This document shows positions 17,563 through 26,193 of a stretch of DNA of 64,000 nt, one piece after another. The notes under the pieces were generated by a model. That model was not told where the DNA came from and made no database searches. It was given only the letters and a program-made list of their open reading frames with translations. This stretch comes from Patescibacteria group bacterium (GTDB lineage Bacteria; Patescibacteriota; Patescibacteriia; Patescibacteriales; UBA12075), in NCBI GenBank assembly GCA_018897195.1, contig JAHILH010000005.1:64745-128744 (forward strand). The letters are read 5' to 3'. How positions within the stretch are numbered: position 1 is the first letter of the stretch; the number at the start of each line of letters is the position of its first letter. Position numbers and translations under genes: made by a program.

Positions 17563-17682
17563 GTTGGCTCCATAGTCCCGAATGGGCTGTGGAGCCGTCG
17601 TGCAATTATTTAAATTTCCACAATGAAGTATATTATTAATTGCACTAAGGCTCCACAGGGACGCGGCCACTATGGAGCCAAC
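17563..17682. repeat. Long imperfect inverted repeat / MITE-like element downstream of truB
   Basis: gttggctccatagt (17563-17576) is the perfect reverse complement of actatggagccaac (17669-17682). The arms extend imperfectly to about 48 nt (shared ctgtggagcc and gtgcaatta). Each arm also folds on itself (ggctcca.ag...ctgtggagcc). Confidence 0.5.
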
Positions 17683-17789
17683 TATTTATTTCCTCTTTTT
17701 CCCAAAATATGTTAAAATAAGATTAATGTTAATAACTAATCTGTAATAAATATTTCGATATTTATTTACAATAGAGAGGGGGTGAATTC

Positions 17790-18194
17790 ATGAAGAAAAA
17801 ATTATCAAATAAGGTTGCAACAATAGTTATCCTTTTCGTAACTATGTTATCCGCATCTGCCATTTTTGCATCATCAGCATTAGCGCTTGACCCTTGGGCT
17901 AGCGGTGGCGCTGGCGAACAAGCCGTAGCAGATATCGGTCTAGGCACAAAAAGTCCAGTGGACGTGGCTACCAACATAATCAACATTATGCTTGGTTTCC
18001 TTGGTATGATTGCTGTAGTAATCATCTTGCTAGGTGGATTCAAATGGATGACTGCCGCAGGTAACGAAGATAAAATCAGTGAAGCGAAAAAACTTCTAGC
18101 CGCTGGTTTAATCGGCTTAATCATTATCTTAATGTCTTACGGTTTGGCTAAGTTCGTTATTGAACAAATGATGAATGCGACTACTTCCGCATAA
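17790..18194 (+). CDS. VirB2/TrbC-like small pilin, paralog 1 of 7
   Basis: Strong SD (gggggtga). Signal peptide, then a variable region, then the conserved core LGFLGMIAVVIILLGGFKWMTAAGNEDKISEAKKLLAAGLIGLIIILMSYGLA (TM, charged loop, TM). Confidence 0.7.
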   Translation: MKKKLSNKVATIVILFVTMLSASAIFASSALALDPWASGGAGEQAVADIGLGTKSPVDVATNIINIMLGFLGMIAVVIILLGGFKWMTAAGNEDKISEAKKLLAAGLIGLIIILMSYGLAKFVIEQMMNATTSA

Positions 18195-18220
18195 ATTAGT
18201 TTCAAAAATTAGCTAATATT

Positions 18221-18283
18221 ATGAATCCGCCCTGGCGGGTTCATAACCGTGAACACAAGTTCGATTGTATTCACGGTTATGAA
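18221..18283 (+). terminator. Two overlapping strong hairpins after pilin gene 1 (terminator/attenuator candidate)
   Basis: Hairpin A spans 18221-18244 (atgaatccgcc..ggcgggttcat, ~10 bp). Hairpin B pairs 18240-18253 ttcataaccgtgaa with 18270-18283 ttcacggttatgaa (14/14). The two share ttcat (18240-18244). Confidence 0.45.
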
Positions 18284-18333
18284 TAAATTTAATTAATAAT
18301 TTATAAAATCATTTTTGATTTTAAAAAAACTCT

Positions 18334-18723
18334 ATGTTTAAAAAAATAAGTGCATTTTTCATGATCGCTTTCTCCCTTTTTATAATGAAAGCTTCCCCAT
18401 CATTAGCCGAGGTTAATATCTGGACAGGTCCGGATGGTGTTGACACTCAAGCAAGCATTGAAGGCATTGGCTTTGAAGCTAATGATCCACGAACAATGGT
18501 GGCCAACGGTATCAAGATTTTTCTTGGCTTCCTGGGCATGTTGGCCGTTATTTTAATTCTTTATGCTGGTTTTCTATGGATGACTGCTGCTGGCAATGAT
18601 GACAACATCAAAAAAGCTAAACAAATTTTATCCGCAGCTGTTGTTGGTTTAGTTATTATCTTAATGTCTTACGGTCTTGCTAGTTTTGTCCTAACTCAAA
18701 TCAAAACCGCAACTGGTTCATAA
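18334..18723 (+). CDS. VirB2/TrbC-like small pilin, paralog 2
   Basis: Signal peptide plus the core FLGFLGMLAVILILYAGFLWMTAAGNDDNIKKAKQILSAAVVGLVIILMSYGLA. Confidence 0.7.
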   Translation: MFKKISAFFMIAFSLFIMKASPSLAEVNIWTGPDGVDTQASIEGIGFEANDPRTMVANGIKIFLGFLGMLAVILILYAGFLWMTAAGNDDNIKKAKQILSAAVVGLVIILMSYGLASFVLTQIKTATGS

Positions 18724-18744
18724 ACTAATTCGAAAAATACACAG

Positions 18745-19164
18745 ATGACTAAAAATACAATCATCAAAAAAATATTTATTTTCACCTTCTTATTAATGGT
18801 TGCTTTGGCAAATGTAAGCTTAGCAGCGACTGATAATACAGGCGATGATACTTTGAAAAATTTAAACAAAACTGCCAACAAAGCTTATACAGGGTCAGAA
18901 ACTGGAAGCATTACAGGCTCCGTTGGTCAATCATTACCAACTCTAGTTGGAAAAATCATCGGTACCGTTCTTTCTTTTCTGGGCGTCATCTTCATGGTTC
19001 TCATGATTTATGGTGGCTTCTTGTGGATGCTGGATCGCGGTGAAGGCTCGCATGCCAAAAAAGCTAAAGACTTAATCGAGGCTGCTATCATTGGACTAGT
19101 TATCGTCATGTCGGCTTACGCTATCACCGCCTGGATAGGACAAAAACTAACTACAGGTAATTAA
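18745..19164 (+). CDS. VirB2/TrbC-like small pilin, paralog 3
   Basis: Signal peptide plus the core LSFLGVIFMVLMIYGGFLWMLDRGEGSHAKKAKDLIEAAIIGLVIVMSAYAI. Confidence 0.7.
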   Translation: MTKNTIIKKIFIFTFLLMVALANVSLAATDNTGDDTLKNLNKTANKAYTGSETGSITGSVGQSLPTLVGKIIGTVLSFLGVIFMVLMIYGGFLWMLDRGEGSHAKKAKDLIEAAIIGLVIVMSAYAITAWIGQKLTTGN

Positions 19165-19182
19165 TTATTAAATTAATATAAA

Positions 19183-19602
19183 ATGTTAAAAAAAGCCTTA
19201 ACAATATTAAATACATTGCTCATTGTGATTATTTTTTCAGCAATGTTAATGCCCAGTATTGTTAGTGCCTTTAACGTTAACAACTTTGAAGAAAGTAGTA
19301 GTCTTAAAAAAACTGGCGACGAGACTGGTCACACCAGAATGAAGGTAACTGGCTCAAACTTAGAATATACAATCCCCTATATAATAAATTCTGCACTCTC
19401 ACTTGTCGGCGTTATTTTTCTAATTTTAATGCTTTACAGTGGCTTTCTCTGGATGACCGCCAAGGATGATAACAAGGCCATCGATAAAGCTAAAGAAAAT
19501 ATAAAAAGCGCTTTAATAGGTTTAATAATCGTTCTAGGGGCTTATGCAATCACCCAATTAGTACTTGAATTATTTAAATCAACAGTAAACACAACAGCAT
19601 GA
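19183..19602 (+). CDS. VirB2/TrbC-like small pilin, paralog 4
   Basis: Signal peptide plus the core LSLVGVIFLILMLYSGFLWMTAKDDNKAIDKAKENIKSALIGLIIVLGAYAI. Its stop overlaps the next start (ATGA at 19599-19602). Confidence 0.7.
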   Translation: MLKKALTILNTLLIVIIFSAMLMPSIVSAFNVNNFEESSSLKKTGDETGHTRMKVTGSNLEYTIPYIINSALSLVGVIFLILMLYSGFLWMTAKDDNKAIDKAKENIKSALIGLIIVLGAYAITQLVLELFKSTVNTTA

Positions 19603-20003
19603 TAAATATTAAAAAATACATTACAATAGTTATTCTGGCCATTATATTATTAGCTAACTCTTCTCATGTTTTAGCTCAAGGTTTAAGTAGTGCTTTTAGT
19701 GAAAGCAGCAAGCTAAAAGATATGGCTGGCGCTGGAGGCATGGGCTATAACACTGAAACCACTTCGGATATCTTAATCGGCACTATTATCAATGCCTTTT
19801 TATCTGTTCTTGGCATCATCTTCCTTGTCCTAATGCTCTATGGAGGCTATCTCTGGATGACTGACCGCGGTAACGATGACTCAGTTAAAAAAGCCAAGAA
19901 TGTTATTCAGGCAGCCATTATTGGCCTAGCCATCGTTCTTATTTCCTTTTCCATCTCCTACTTTGTAATTACTAAACTGGGAGACGCGACCTTAACTAAA
20001 TAA
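19599..20003 (+). CDS. VirB2/TrbC-like small pilin, paralog 5
   Basis: Signal peptide plus the core LSVLGIIFLVLMLYGGYLWMTDRGNDDSVKKAKNVIQAAIIGLAIVLISFSI. Confidence 0.7.
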   Translation: MINIKKYITIVILAIILLANSSHVLAQGLSSAFSESSKLKDMAGAGGMGYNTETTSDILIGTIINAFLSVLGIIFLVLMLYGGYLWMTDRGNDDSVKKAKNVIQAAIIGLAIVLISFSISYFVITKLGDATLTK

Positions 20004-20008
20004 ATCTT

Positions 20009-20383
20009 ATGAAAAAAATAAAAATCACACTGGTATCACTTTTCATGTCACTATCATTCGTCAATATTGCCTTTGCAATAACTGCTCCACTCGGCAACCT
20101 AGGAAAACTCAGAGAAAAAACTAGTTTTGCAGAGGGCGAAGGAACTGATACTGCTATGGCCGAAAATATCGGCATTGGCATCAATCTTTTTTTAAGTATC
20201 CTGGGCATCATCTTTGTTATTCTAATAATCTACGCCGGCTACAAATGGATGATGGCACAAGGAGACGACGGAGAAATTAAAAAAGCTAAAAGCACTATTA
20301 ATCGAGCTGTAATCGGCCTAATTATCATCATTGGCTCATTTGCCATTTGGAATTTAATCTCTAACAAACTACTTCCAGTTTAA
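20009..20383 (+). CDS. VirB2/TrbC-like small pilin, paralog 6
   Basis: Signal peptide plus the core LSILGIIFVILIIYAGYKWMMAQGDDGEIKKAKSTINRAVIGLIIIIGSFAI. Confidence 0.7.
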   Translation: MKKIKITLVSLFMSLSFVNIAFAITAPLGNLGKLREKTSFAEGEGTDTAMAENIGIGINLFLSILGIIFVILIIYAGYKWMMAQGDDGEIKKAKSTINRAVIGLIIIIGSFAIWNLISNKLLPV

Positions 20384-20390
20384 CAAAAAT

Positions 20391-20780
20391 ATGTATTCAC
20401 GTTTTGAAAAAATAATTACCCCCGTATTCATCTTCATCTTTGCGCAAGCAGCAAGTGCTACGGAAATAATAAATAAAACTGCTTCCACTGAAATTCGTAA
20501 ACAGACAGATGCGCTTAGTTACGGTGCTGGTTTTGATAAAAATTTACAAGTCGGCTCAGTCTTGGGCACTGTGATTAAATCTTTTTTTAGCATCATGGGT
20601 ATTGTTTTCTTAATACTTGTCCTTCATGCCGGCTACAAATGGATGATGGCTAATGGCAAAAAAGACGACGTTGAAGAAGCCAAGAATAGCATTACAAGAG
20701 CTGTTATCGGCTTAGCCGTTATGGTTGCCGCCTATGCGCTTACCGCCTTTATTTTCAACCAAATAGACCAAATACGTTAA
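20391..20780 (+). CDS. VirB2/TrbC-like small pilin, paralog 7
   Basis: Signal peptide plus the core FSIMGIVFLILVLHAGYKWMMANGKKDDVEEAKNSITRAVIGLAVMVAAYAL. Confidence 0.7.
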   Translation: MYSRFEKIITPVFIFIFAQAASATEIINKTASTEIRKQTDALSYGAGFDKNLQVGSVLGTVIKSFFSIMGIVFLILVLHAGYKWMMANGKKDDVEEAKNSITRAVIGLAVMVAAYALTAFIFNQIDQIR

Positions 20781-20799
20781 CAATATAGCCACTCAAACA

Positions 20800-20830
20800 A
20801 AAAAAGACGATTATAATAATCGTCTTTTTT
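20800..20830. terminator. Bidirectional intrinsic terminator between the pilin array and the convergent transporter gene
   Basis: aaaaaagacgattataataatcgtctttttt: a perfect hairpin (aagacgatta/taatcgtctt) flanked by A- and T-runs. Confidence 0.75.
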
Positions 20831-20847
20831 AATATCTAAAAAATATC

Positions 20848-21816
20848 TTACGTGATCAACATATACAAGCCTGCACTCACCAAAGTCGCGCCAATCACTT
20901 TTTGAATTAAGACTCCACCGCCCAATTCCTCTTCGCTGACTTTGGGATACTTGGCGGAAATAAAGAGCACCAGCAGAATTAAGAAAACATATTGTACGCC
21001 TTGTAAAGAATTAATCAAAGCGACATTGCCCTTGCTAATCGCCCAATTCAACATAATAAACGCGAAAGCAGCTAAAAGGCGAACAGAAAAAAAGAAAAAA
21101 AGATTACCTGATTGACCGCCACTATCACTGCGACTTTCTTTAATCGAATGACGCCAAGCTGGAATTAACAGAATGGATACAGAGGCAATAAAACTACCCA
21201 GTCGCGACCAGACAAAGGCGCCAACAAAGGGCTGGTGCATATAAATATACTTTATCAAAACGTAATAGGCGGCAAAAAATAATGCCGAGGTAACAGAATT
21301 TAGAATCAAGCGCTGCGTCGGACGATAAGCCGCGTGAATACCGCCCAAAATATCACCAAACACAAACCGTACCCGTTCCCGAACTTGCCTAAACAAATAA
21401 AACTTTGTTTGTTTAATTGAAATTAAAAGACCACCGCCAATCAAAATCAAAAAAGCTAATAATTCTCGCTCCGATAGCGATTGACCTAAAAAAATAAAGG
21501 ACAAGATAAAACTAAAAACCGGCACCAGTGCCCCCACGATTGGCACTACTCGAGTAGCCTCAGATTGATGAAGGGCTTTATACCAAAAAATTAAAGTAAC
21601 TAAAAAAAGAACGCCAGCTAGAATATCCAAGCCCAGCTCCTGCAAATTTGGAAGCCAAAAATCCAGTGGCAAAATAATGAAGTTAAAAATACTCCAAATG
21701 CCAACAAAAAAAGCATAAGAAATCGACGAGTGAATTTTTTTGGACAACAAAAACTTATCCGCCACATAAACACCGGCATTGATGAGATATGAAATTACTG
21801 CAATGATTAACCACAT
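20848..21816 (-). CDS. DMT-superfamily (EamA-like) membrane transporter
   Basis: 322 aa with about 10 TM segments arranged as two similar halves. Confidence 0.55.
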   Translation of the reverse strand: MWLIIAVISYLINAGVYVADKFLLSKKIHSSISYAFFVGIWSIFNFIILPLDFWLPNLQELGLDILAGVLFLVTLIFWYKALHQSEATRVVPIVGALVPVFSFILSFIFLGQSLSERELLAFLILIGGGLLISIKQTKFYLFRQVRERVRFVFGDILGGIHAAYRPTQRLILNSVTSALFFAAYYVLIKYIYMHQPFVGAFVWSRLGSFIASVSILLIPAWRHSIKESRSDSGGQSGNLFFFFSVRLLAAFAFIMLNWAISKGNVALINSLQGVQYVFLILLVLFISAKYPKVSEEELGGGVLIQKVIGATLVSAGLYMLIT

Positions 21817-21826
21817 AAACGTTGTT

Positions 21827-21860
21827 TCTCCCTCGCCCTGCCCTCTCCTATCCAGGAGAG
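21827..21860 (-). repeat. GC-rich REP-like repeat, inverted-orientation relative of 12450/42369
   Basis: tctccctcgccctgccctctcctatccaggagagg shares ctccctcgccc with the reverse complement of copies A and B. It contains the hairpin cctctcc/ggagagg. Confidence 0.45.
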
Positions 21861-21878
21861 GTAATTAATAAATATTTT

Positions 21879-23240
21879 TTACAGAGTAAGCTTATTTTCT
21901 TCACAAATTCTCTTATAAACAAACGCGCTCGGTTTTATTTTTCGTTCAAATGTTTTTCGATCAACAGTATACAAACCGAACTTTGGTCCAAAACCGTCTG
22001 CCCATTCAAAATTATCCAACAATGACCAGTGGAAATAACCACGCACATCGATTCCTTCTTGAATGGCGCGATGTACCCAATATAGGTGCTCTTTTATAAA
22101 GGCAGCACGATATTTATCATGTTCGTCAGCCAGGCCGTTTTCCATTACAATAATTGGCTTGCGAAAACGTCGCAAATATTTCAACACATTATAAATCCCC
22201 TTTGGATAAATCTCCCAACCCATATCGGTCATGCGTTCATTTTTATTTTTCTTGAAGGGTGGATAACAAATGATTCGATCATGGAAATAATAATCCAAGC
22301 CGACGTAATCCATATACTTCTTAATGCGTTTCAAAAAACGATGATTCCAAAAATAATGAAAGACTTTAGCTAGTAAATTATTCAAAGGGCCCCATTTTAA
22401 AGCTGGCTCAAAATCATTTATCAAACCTGTAATGCCAACCTTGGCTTTCGGAAATAATAAGTGAATATTTTTATAGGCACGCTTATGACCTTTAACCAGA
22501 TTATTAAAGGCTTTTCTGGCCTTGAAAATATTATGCCGATTCGGCGGAAACTTGCCAGACAAGTAACCATTGGCAATATGCACCATTGGCTCATTCAAAG
22601 TTACCCAGTAATCAATATAGCCGCCAAACTCTTTCACCACAAAGGCGCTATAGCGATCAAAATACATAACCGCATTCTTACCAGCCCAACCACCCTCAGC
22701 GGCAAACCAAGTCGGATTGGTCCAATGCCAGATTGTCAAAACAATTCTAAAACCCCTAAGACGTGCTTGTTCAAAAATCTCTCGATATTTCTTCACCGCT
22801 TCTACGTCCCAAACATCGTTTTCAGTCTCAATTCGCGCCCACTCAATACCAAAACGAATTGCATTGGTGTTCAAGTTCTTGGCCAAGTCAAAGTCATCGC
22901 CATAATGAGTCCAAAAATTACAAGCGGATCCGCAACTATAATCCTCTTTTTTTAATTTTTTACTTTCTAAAAATGTCTTTCTCTTCTCAGATGACTCCCA
23001 CTCACTCCAATCATTGGTTACACCGCCCTCAATCTGATAGGAACTAGTCGATGTCCCCCACAAAAAACCCTCAGGAAATTGAAATTCCCCAGACACACCA
23101 GCAGGAATCGATAACAAACGATCATCAACCTGGTTACTTAACTGAGAGCTTGTTTCTATTTTTTCCTCCTTGTCCGTCTCAACTTTTACAGACGGTATTA
23201 CTTTATCTTCTTCGGGCATAATTTTTAAAATTTTAATCAA
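21879..23240 (-). CDS. Glycoside hydrolase family 1 beta-glucosidase-like enzyme
   Basis: FPEGFLWGTSTSSYQIEG, acid/base motif TLNEP, nucleophile motif VMENGLAD, and SLLDNFEWADGF. The true start may be an internal Met (23219). Confidence 0.85.
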   Translation of the reverse strand: MIKILKIMPEEDKVIPSVKVETDKEEKIETSSQLSNQVDDRLLSIPAGVSGEFQFPEGFLWGTSTSSYQIEGGVTNDWSEWESSEKRKTFLESKKLKKEDYSCGSACNFWTHYGDDFDLAKNLNTNAIRFGIEWARIETENDVWDVEAVKKYREIFEQARLRGFRIVLTIWHWTNPTWFAAEGGWAGKNAVMYFDRYSAFVVKEFGGYIDYWVTLNEPMVHIANGYLSGKFPPNRHNIFKARKAFNNLVKGHKRAYKNIHLLFPKAKVGITGLINDFEPALKWGPLNNLLAKVFHYFWNHRFLKRIKKYMDYVGLDYYFHDRIICYPPFKKNKNERMTDMGWEIYPKGIYNVLKYLRRFRKPIIVMENGLADEHDKYRAAFIKEHLYWVHRAIQEGIDVRGYFHWSLLDNFEWADGFGPKFGLYTVDRKTFERKIKPSAFVYKRICEENKLTL

Positions 23241-23364
23241 AGCTTACTCTTATTATACCGAAAAAATACAAATAAAACAAAAACTTTGATATTTTCACCA
23301 AAAATAAACAAAAAACTGATAATAAGATTATCAGTTTTTTAAAATTATCAATATTTTGATGACA

Positions 23365-23934
23365 TTATTGTATCACTTCACCGTCAACTTCTTCTGGAGC
23401 ATCTACGGCACAGGTCTCAGCGTCAACGTCACAGACTGCAGCCTCATCACTAAGTTCCGTAGTATCATCTCCTGCTTCATCAATCGGACAAACATCGCCC
23501 TCGGCACATTCAACCTCCTCCTCAGTCTCTGGATTTGCTACCACGTACTCTTCAGGATTATTACATTCCACTTCCTGATCTTCTTTATTATCTTCATTAC
23601 AAAGAATTTCTTCGCATTCCGGCTCAGACTCACCACAAACCAAGGCGTCACAATCCTCATCGGCCGGGTCACAAAGAGGGATTCGACTAGCATTGCGTTT
23701 CACAATCTTGTAATACCAAATATCCGCATCAGCATCACCCGTGCAGGCCTCGCCCTCCTCCATTGACTCTGGGTCGCACTCCCAAACAAAACATTGCTCA
23801 GTCGTTGGATCACAGTCTGTCTGGGCTTCAATAATATAGTCTTTTTTAATCATTATCCGCCAATAAGTCACGGCCACCGAACCGACTATCAGTAATCCGA
23901 ATATTATGAAAAATATTTTTGATTTCTTATCCAT
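23365..23934 (-). CDS. Membrane-anchored, highly acidic Cys-rich protein (hypothetical)
   Basis: N-terminal TM IFFIIFGLLIVGSVAVTYW followed by about 150 aa rich in D/E with 14 Cys (hand count), for example CDPTTEQCFVWECDP and CDALVCGESEPECEEILC. Confidence 0.45.
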   Translation of the reverse strand: MDKKSKIFFIIFGLLIVGSVAVTYWRIMIKKDYIIEAQTDCDPTTEQCFVWECDPESMEEGEACTGDADADIWYYKIVKRNASRIPLCDPADEDCDALVCGESEPECEEILCNEDNKEDQEVECNNPEEYVVANPETEEEVECAEGDVCPIDEAGDDTTELSDEAAVCDVDAETCAVDAPEEVDGEVIQ

Positions 23935-23958
23935 TTATTTAGTTTAATTATAAATTTT

Positions 23959-24330
23959 TTATTTCACGCCCAAAAAAGCTTTTATCTTCTCCGCTAATTC
24001 ATGGGGCACAGTCTCTGATTTGATAATATATTCAACTACCCCTAATTCATTAGCCCGGTCACGAAAATCTTTTTTATTAGTATTGGTAAAAACAAAAACT
24101 GGAACATCCCTCATTCCCTCATCATTTTTTATTTTTTCAATAATATCCAAGCCATTTTCGCCCTTCAACATGATATCAGAAAGAATCAAATCGGGCTTAT
24201 CGTCAGCCAACGCTATTATCACCTCTGCGCTCGTCGAAGCCACCCTAGTCGACAAACCTCTCATGTCTAAAACAGTTTGAAAAATCATCAACTGTTCCTG
24301 TTCATCTTCAATGATTAAAACCTTGTTCAT
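23959..24330 (-). CDS. Single-domain response regulator (receiver only)
   Basis: VLIIEDE near the N-terminus, phospho-acceptor context PDLILSDIMLKGENG, and a conserved T/K region. No output domain. Confidence 0.85.
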   Translation of the reverse strand: MNKVLIIEDEQEQLMIFQTVLDMRGLSTRVASTSAEVIIALADDKPDLILSDIMLKGENGLDIIEKIKNDEGMRDVPVFVFTNTNKKDFRDRANELGVVEYIIKSETVPHELAEKIKAFLGVK

Positions 24331-24367
24331 ATTGGTAAAATTTGTAATTAGTAATAAATAATCAACC

Positions 24368-26140
24368 CTACATCTTCAAATTCGCCTGCGCTTCAATGAA
24401 TTTCTTTACATCCACCTTGCCGATTTGTTTGATTGGTAATTTGATAAAGAATTCAGTGCCTTTGCCGATTTCACTCTCTGCCCAAACATCACCACCATGA
24501 CCTTGAGCGATTTCCTTGATAATAAATAAGCCTAGACCGGTACCATCGACATACATTGCGGTCGCATTCTTAGCTCGGAAGAATTTTTGGAATAAGTGTG
24601 GAATTTCTTCGGCTGGAATACCGATACCGTTGTCCTTGACCGAGAAAATAACATTATCGCCATCGCGTTTGCTATTGATAGTAATCTTGGCATTATCACC
24701 CTCGCGCGTTTGCCGTATTTCTGCAGTTGCTTTGGATGATGGTGTATATTTGATCGCATTGGTAATAAGATTAGTAAACGCTTCTTCCAGATATCGACTC
24801 TGTCCCTGAATAATCGGCACGGTCTCATCCAAAGAACCAATACTCAAATCAATATTTCGACCCAAGGTTTCTACTTTGAAACCTTCAATCATCGTTTCAA
24901 AAAACTTCTTCACCTCAATATCCTCCGCCTGCTTATCCATTACATTAAATTTACTATTCGACAGCGAAGTCGCATTTAAAATATCATTAATAATCTCCTC
25001 CAGCTTATTACACTTCACCATCGCTCCATCAAAAAACTTCGTCTTTGTCTCCTGAGGTAACTTATCCATATCCCCCTGCTGAATCATCGACACCACGCCT
25101 TTGATTACCGTAATCGGTGTTCGCAGTTGGTGTGAGGCAATATTTATAAACTCATTCTTCGCTTTGTCTAATCTATCTAATTCTTTGTTTACAATTTCCA
25201 ATTCCTCTCTTTGTTCTACCTCTTTTTTAACCGATTGAATTAATTGCCAACCAAGAACAATCGCAGCAAATAAAGTAATTCCGGTTAGAATTCGATTAAT
25301 TGGTAACTGAATAAAGGCGAACTGCGAGGCGATAAGAATGATAATACTAACAACCAAGGCCTGCGCTGTCAAAAGTTTAATATTGAAAGCTTTATATTTA
25401 ACGATGAGGTACGCTAAAAATCCCATAAAAACAGACATACCAAAATAGCCATATTGCTCAATTTTAAAAACATCCACTGAGCCATTAAACAAATTTTCAA
25501 TACTCGCTATATATGTAGCAATAGAAAAGGAAAAAAGAAACAACCCCATGCCGATTGATACATACAAAATTTCACCTTTCTTTAGACTATCAGATTTTTT
25601 ATATTCAGATATGGAAAAATACAAAATGCTGGTGACCACCGCCGCTGATAAAATATACACATAATTTATCATTATTTCACCCTCCATCGCGTTGCAATTA
25701 GTCAAATCAAAATTTTTGAGATTAAATCGTGTTGATAAGAGGAAAAACACTGGTAAAGTCACAATCAACCACAACATTTTCCAAAAAAATGACACATCCT
25801 TTTTTTTGATAAACACATATAGAAAATAAAAACTAAGTATGAAAATAGTAGTTAAAAATAAAAACCAAAACGACCATAAAAACATGATCAATTTAGAATC
25901 TATTTGCGTCCAGATAAGTATATCTATCACAGACCAAAGGGAAAATAAAAAAGATAACACAACAAGAATAATAGCTGGGAGTGATTTCCTGGTTTTTAAC
26001 AATACAAAAATACTCAAAAACAAAGATGTTATTATTGCCGTAAAATGAGAATAGTAAATAAGAACTGGAACATTTTGGGAAAATAATCCAAATTTCAATG
26101 TACTAAATATTAATATTGATAATTCATCTGAACAATACAT
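24368..26140 (-). CDS. Sensor histidine kinase with a polytopic N-terminal membrane domain
   Basis: About 8 N-terminal TM segments. H-box FINIASHQLRTPIT, N-box LITNAIKYTP, and G-boxes VKDNGIGIP and GTGLGLFI. Confidence 0.9.
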   Translation of the reverse strand: MYCSDELSILIFSTLKFGLFSQNVPVLIYYSHFTAIITSLFLSIFVLLKTRKSLPAIILVVLSFLFSLWSVIDILIWTQIDSKLIMFLWSFWFLFLTTIFILSFYFLYVFIKKKDVSFFWKMLWLIVTLPVFFLLSTRFNLKNFDLTNCNAMEGEIMINYVYILSAAVVTSILYFSISEYKKSDSLKKGEILYVSIGMGLFLFSFSIATYIASIENLFNGSVDVFKIEQYGYFGMSVFMGFLAYLIVKYKAFNIKLLTAQALVVSIIILIASQFAFIQLPINRILTGITLFAAIVLGWQLIQSVKKEVEQREELEIVNKELDRLDKAKNEFINIASHQLRTPITVIKGVVSMIQQGDMDKLPQETKTKFFDGAMVKCNKLEEIINDILNATSLSNSKFNVMDKQAEDIEVKKFFETMIEGFKVETLGRNIDLSIGSLDETVPIIQGQSRYLEEAFTNLITNAIKYTPSSKATAEIRQTREGDNAKITINSKRDGDNVIFSVKDNGIGIPAEEIPHLFQKFFRAKNATAMYVDGTGLGLFIIKEIAQGHGGDVWAESEIGKGTEFFIKLPIKQIGKVDVKKFIEAQANLKM

Positions 26141-26193
26141 ATGACTTGCTTGTGATATTAATTTTTATACTAAAATATTATAAATTTTAAAAA

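Noticed and set aside
17762-18124. Track ORF (-, 120 aa) opposite pilin gene 1
   Set aside because: It is a shadow ORF of the pilin gene. The + strand product has a signal peptide, the conserved family core and a strong SD.
23356-23766. Track ORF (+, 136 aa) opposite the acidic Cys-rich gene
   Set aside because: The minus-strand frame gives a TM anchor followed by a coherent acidic domain and fits the operon direction. The + frame is a low-complexity shadow.
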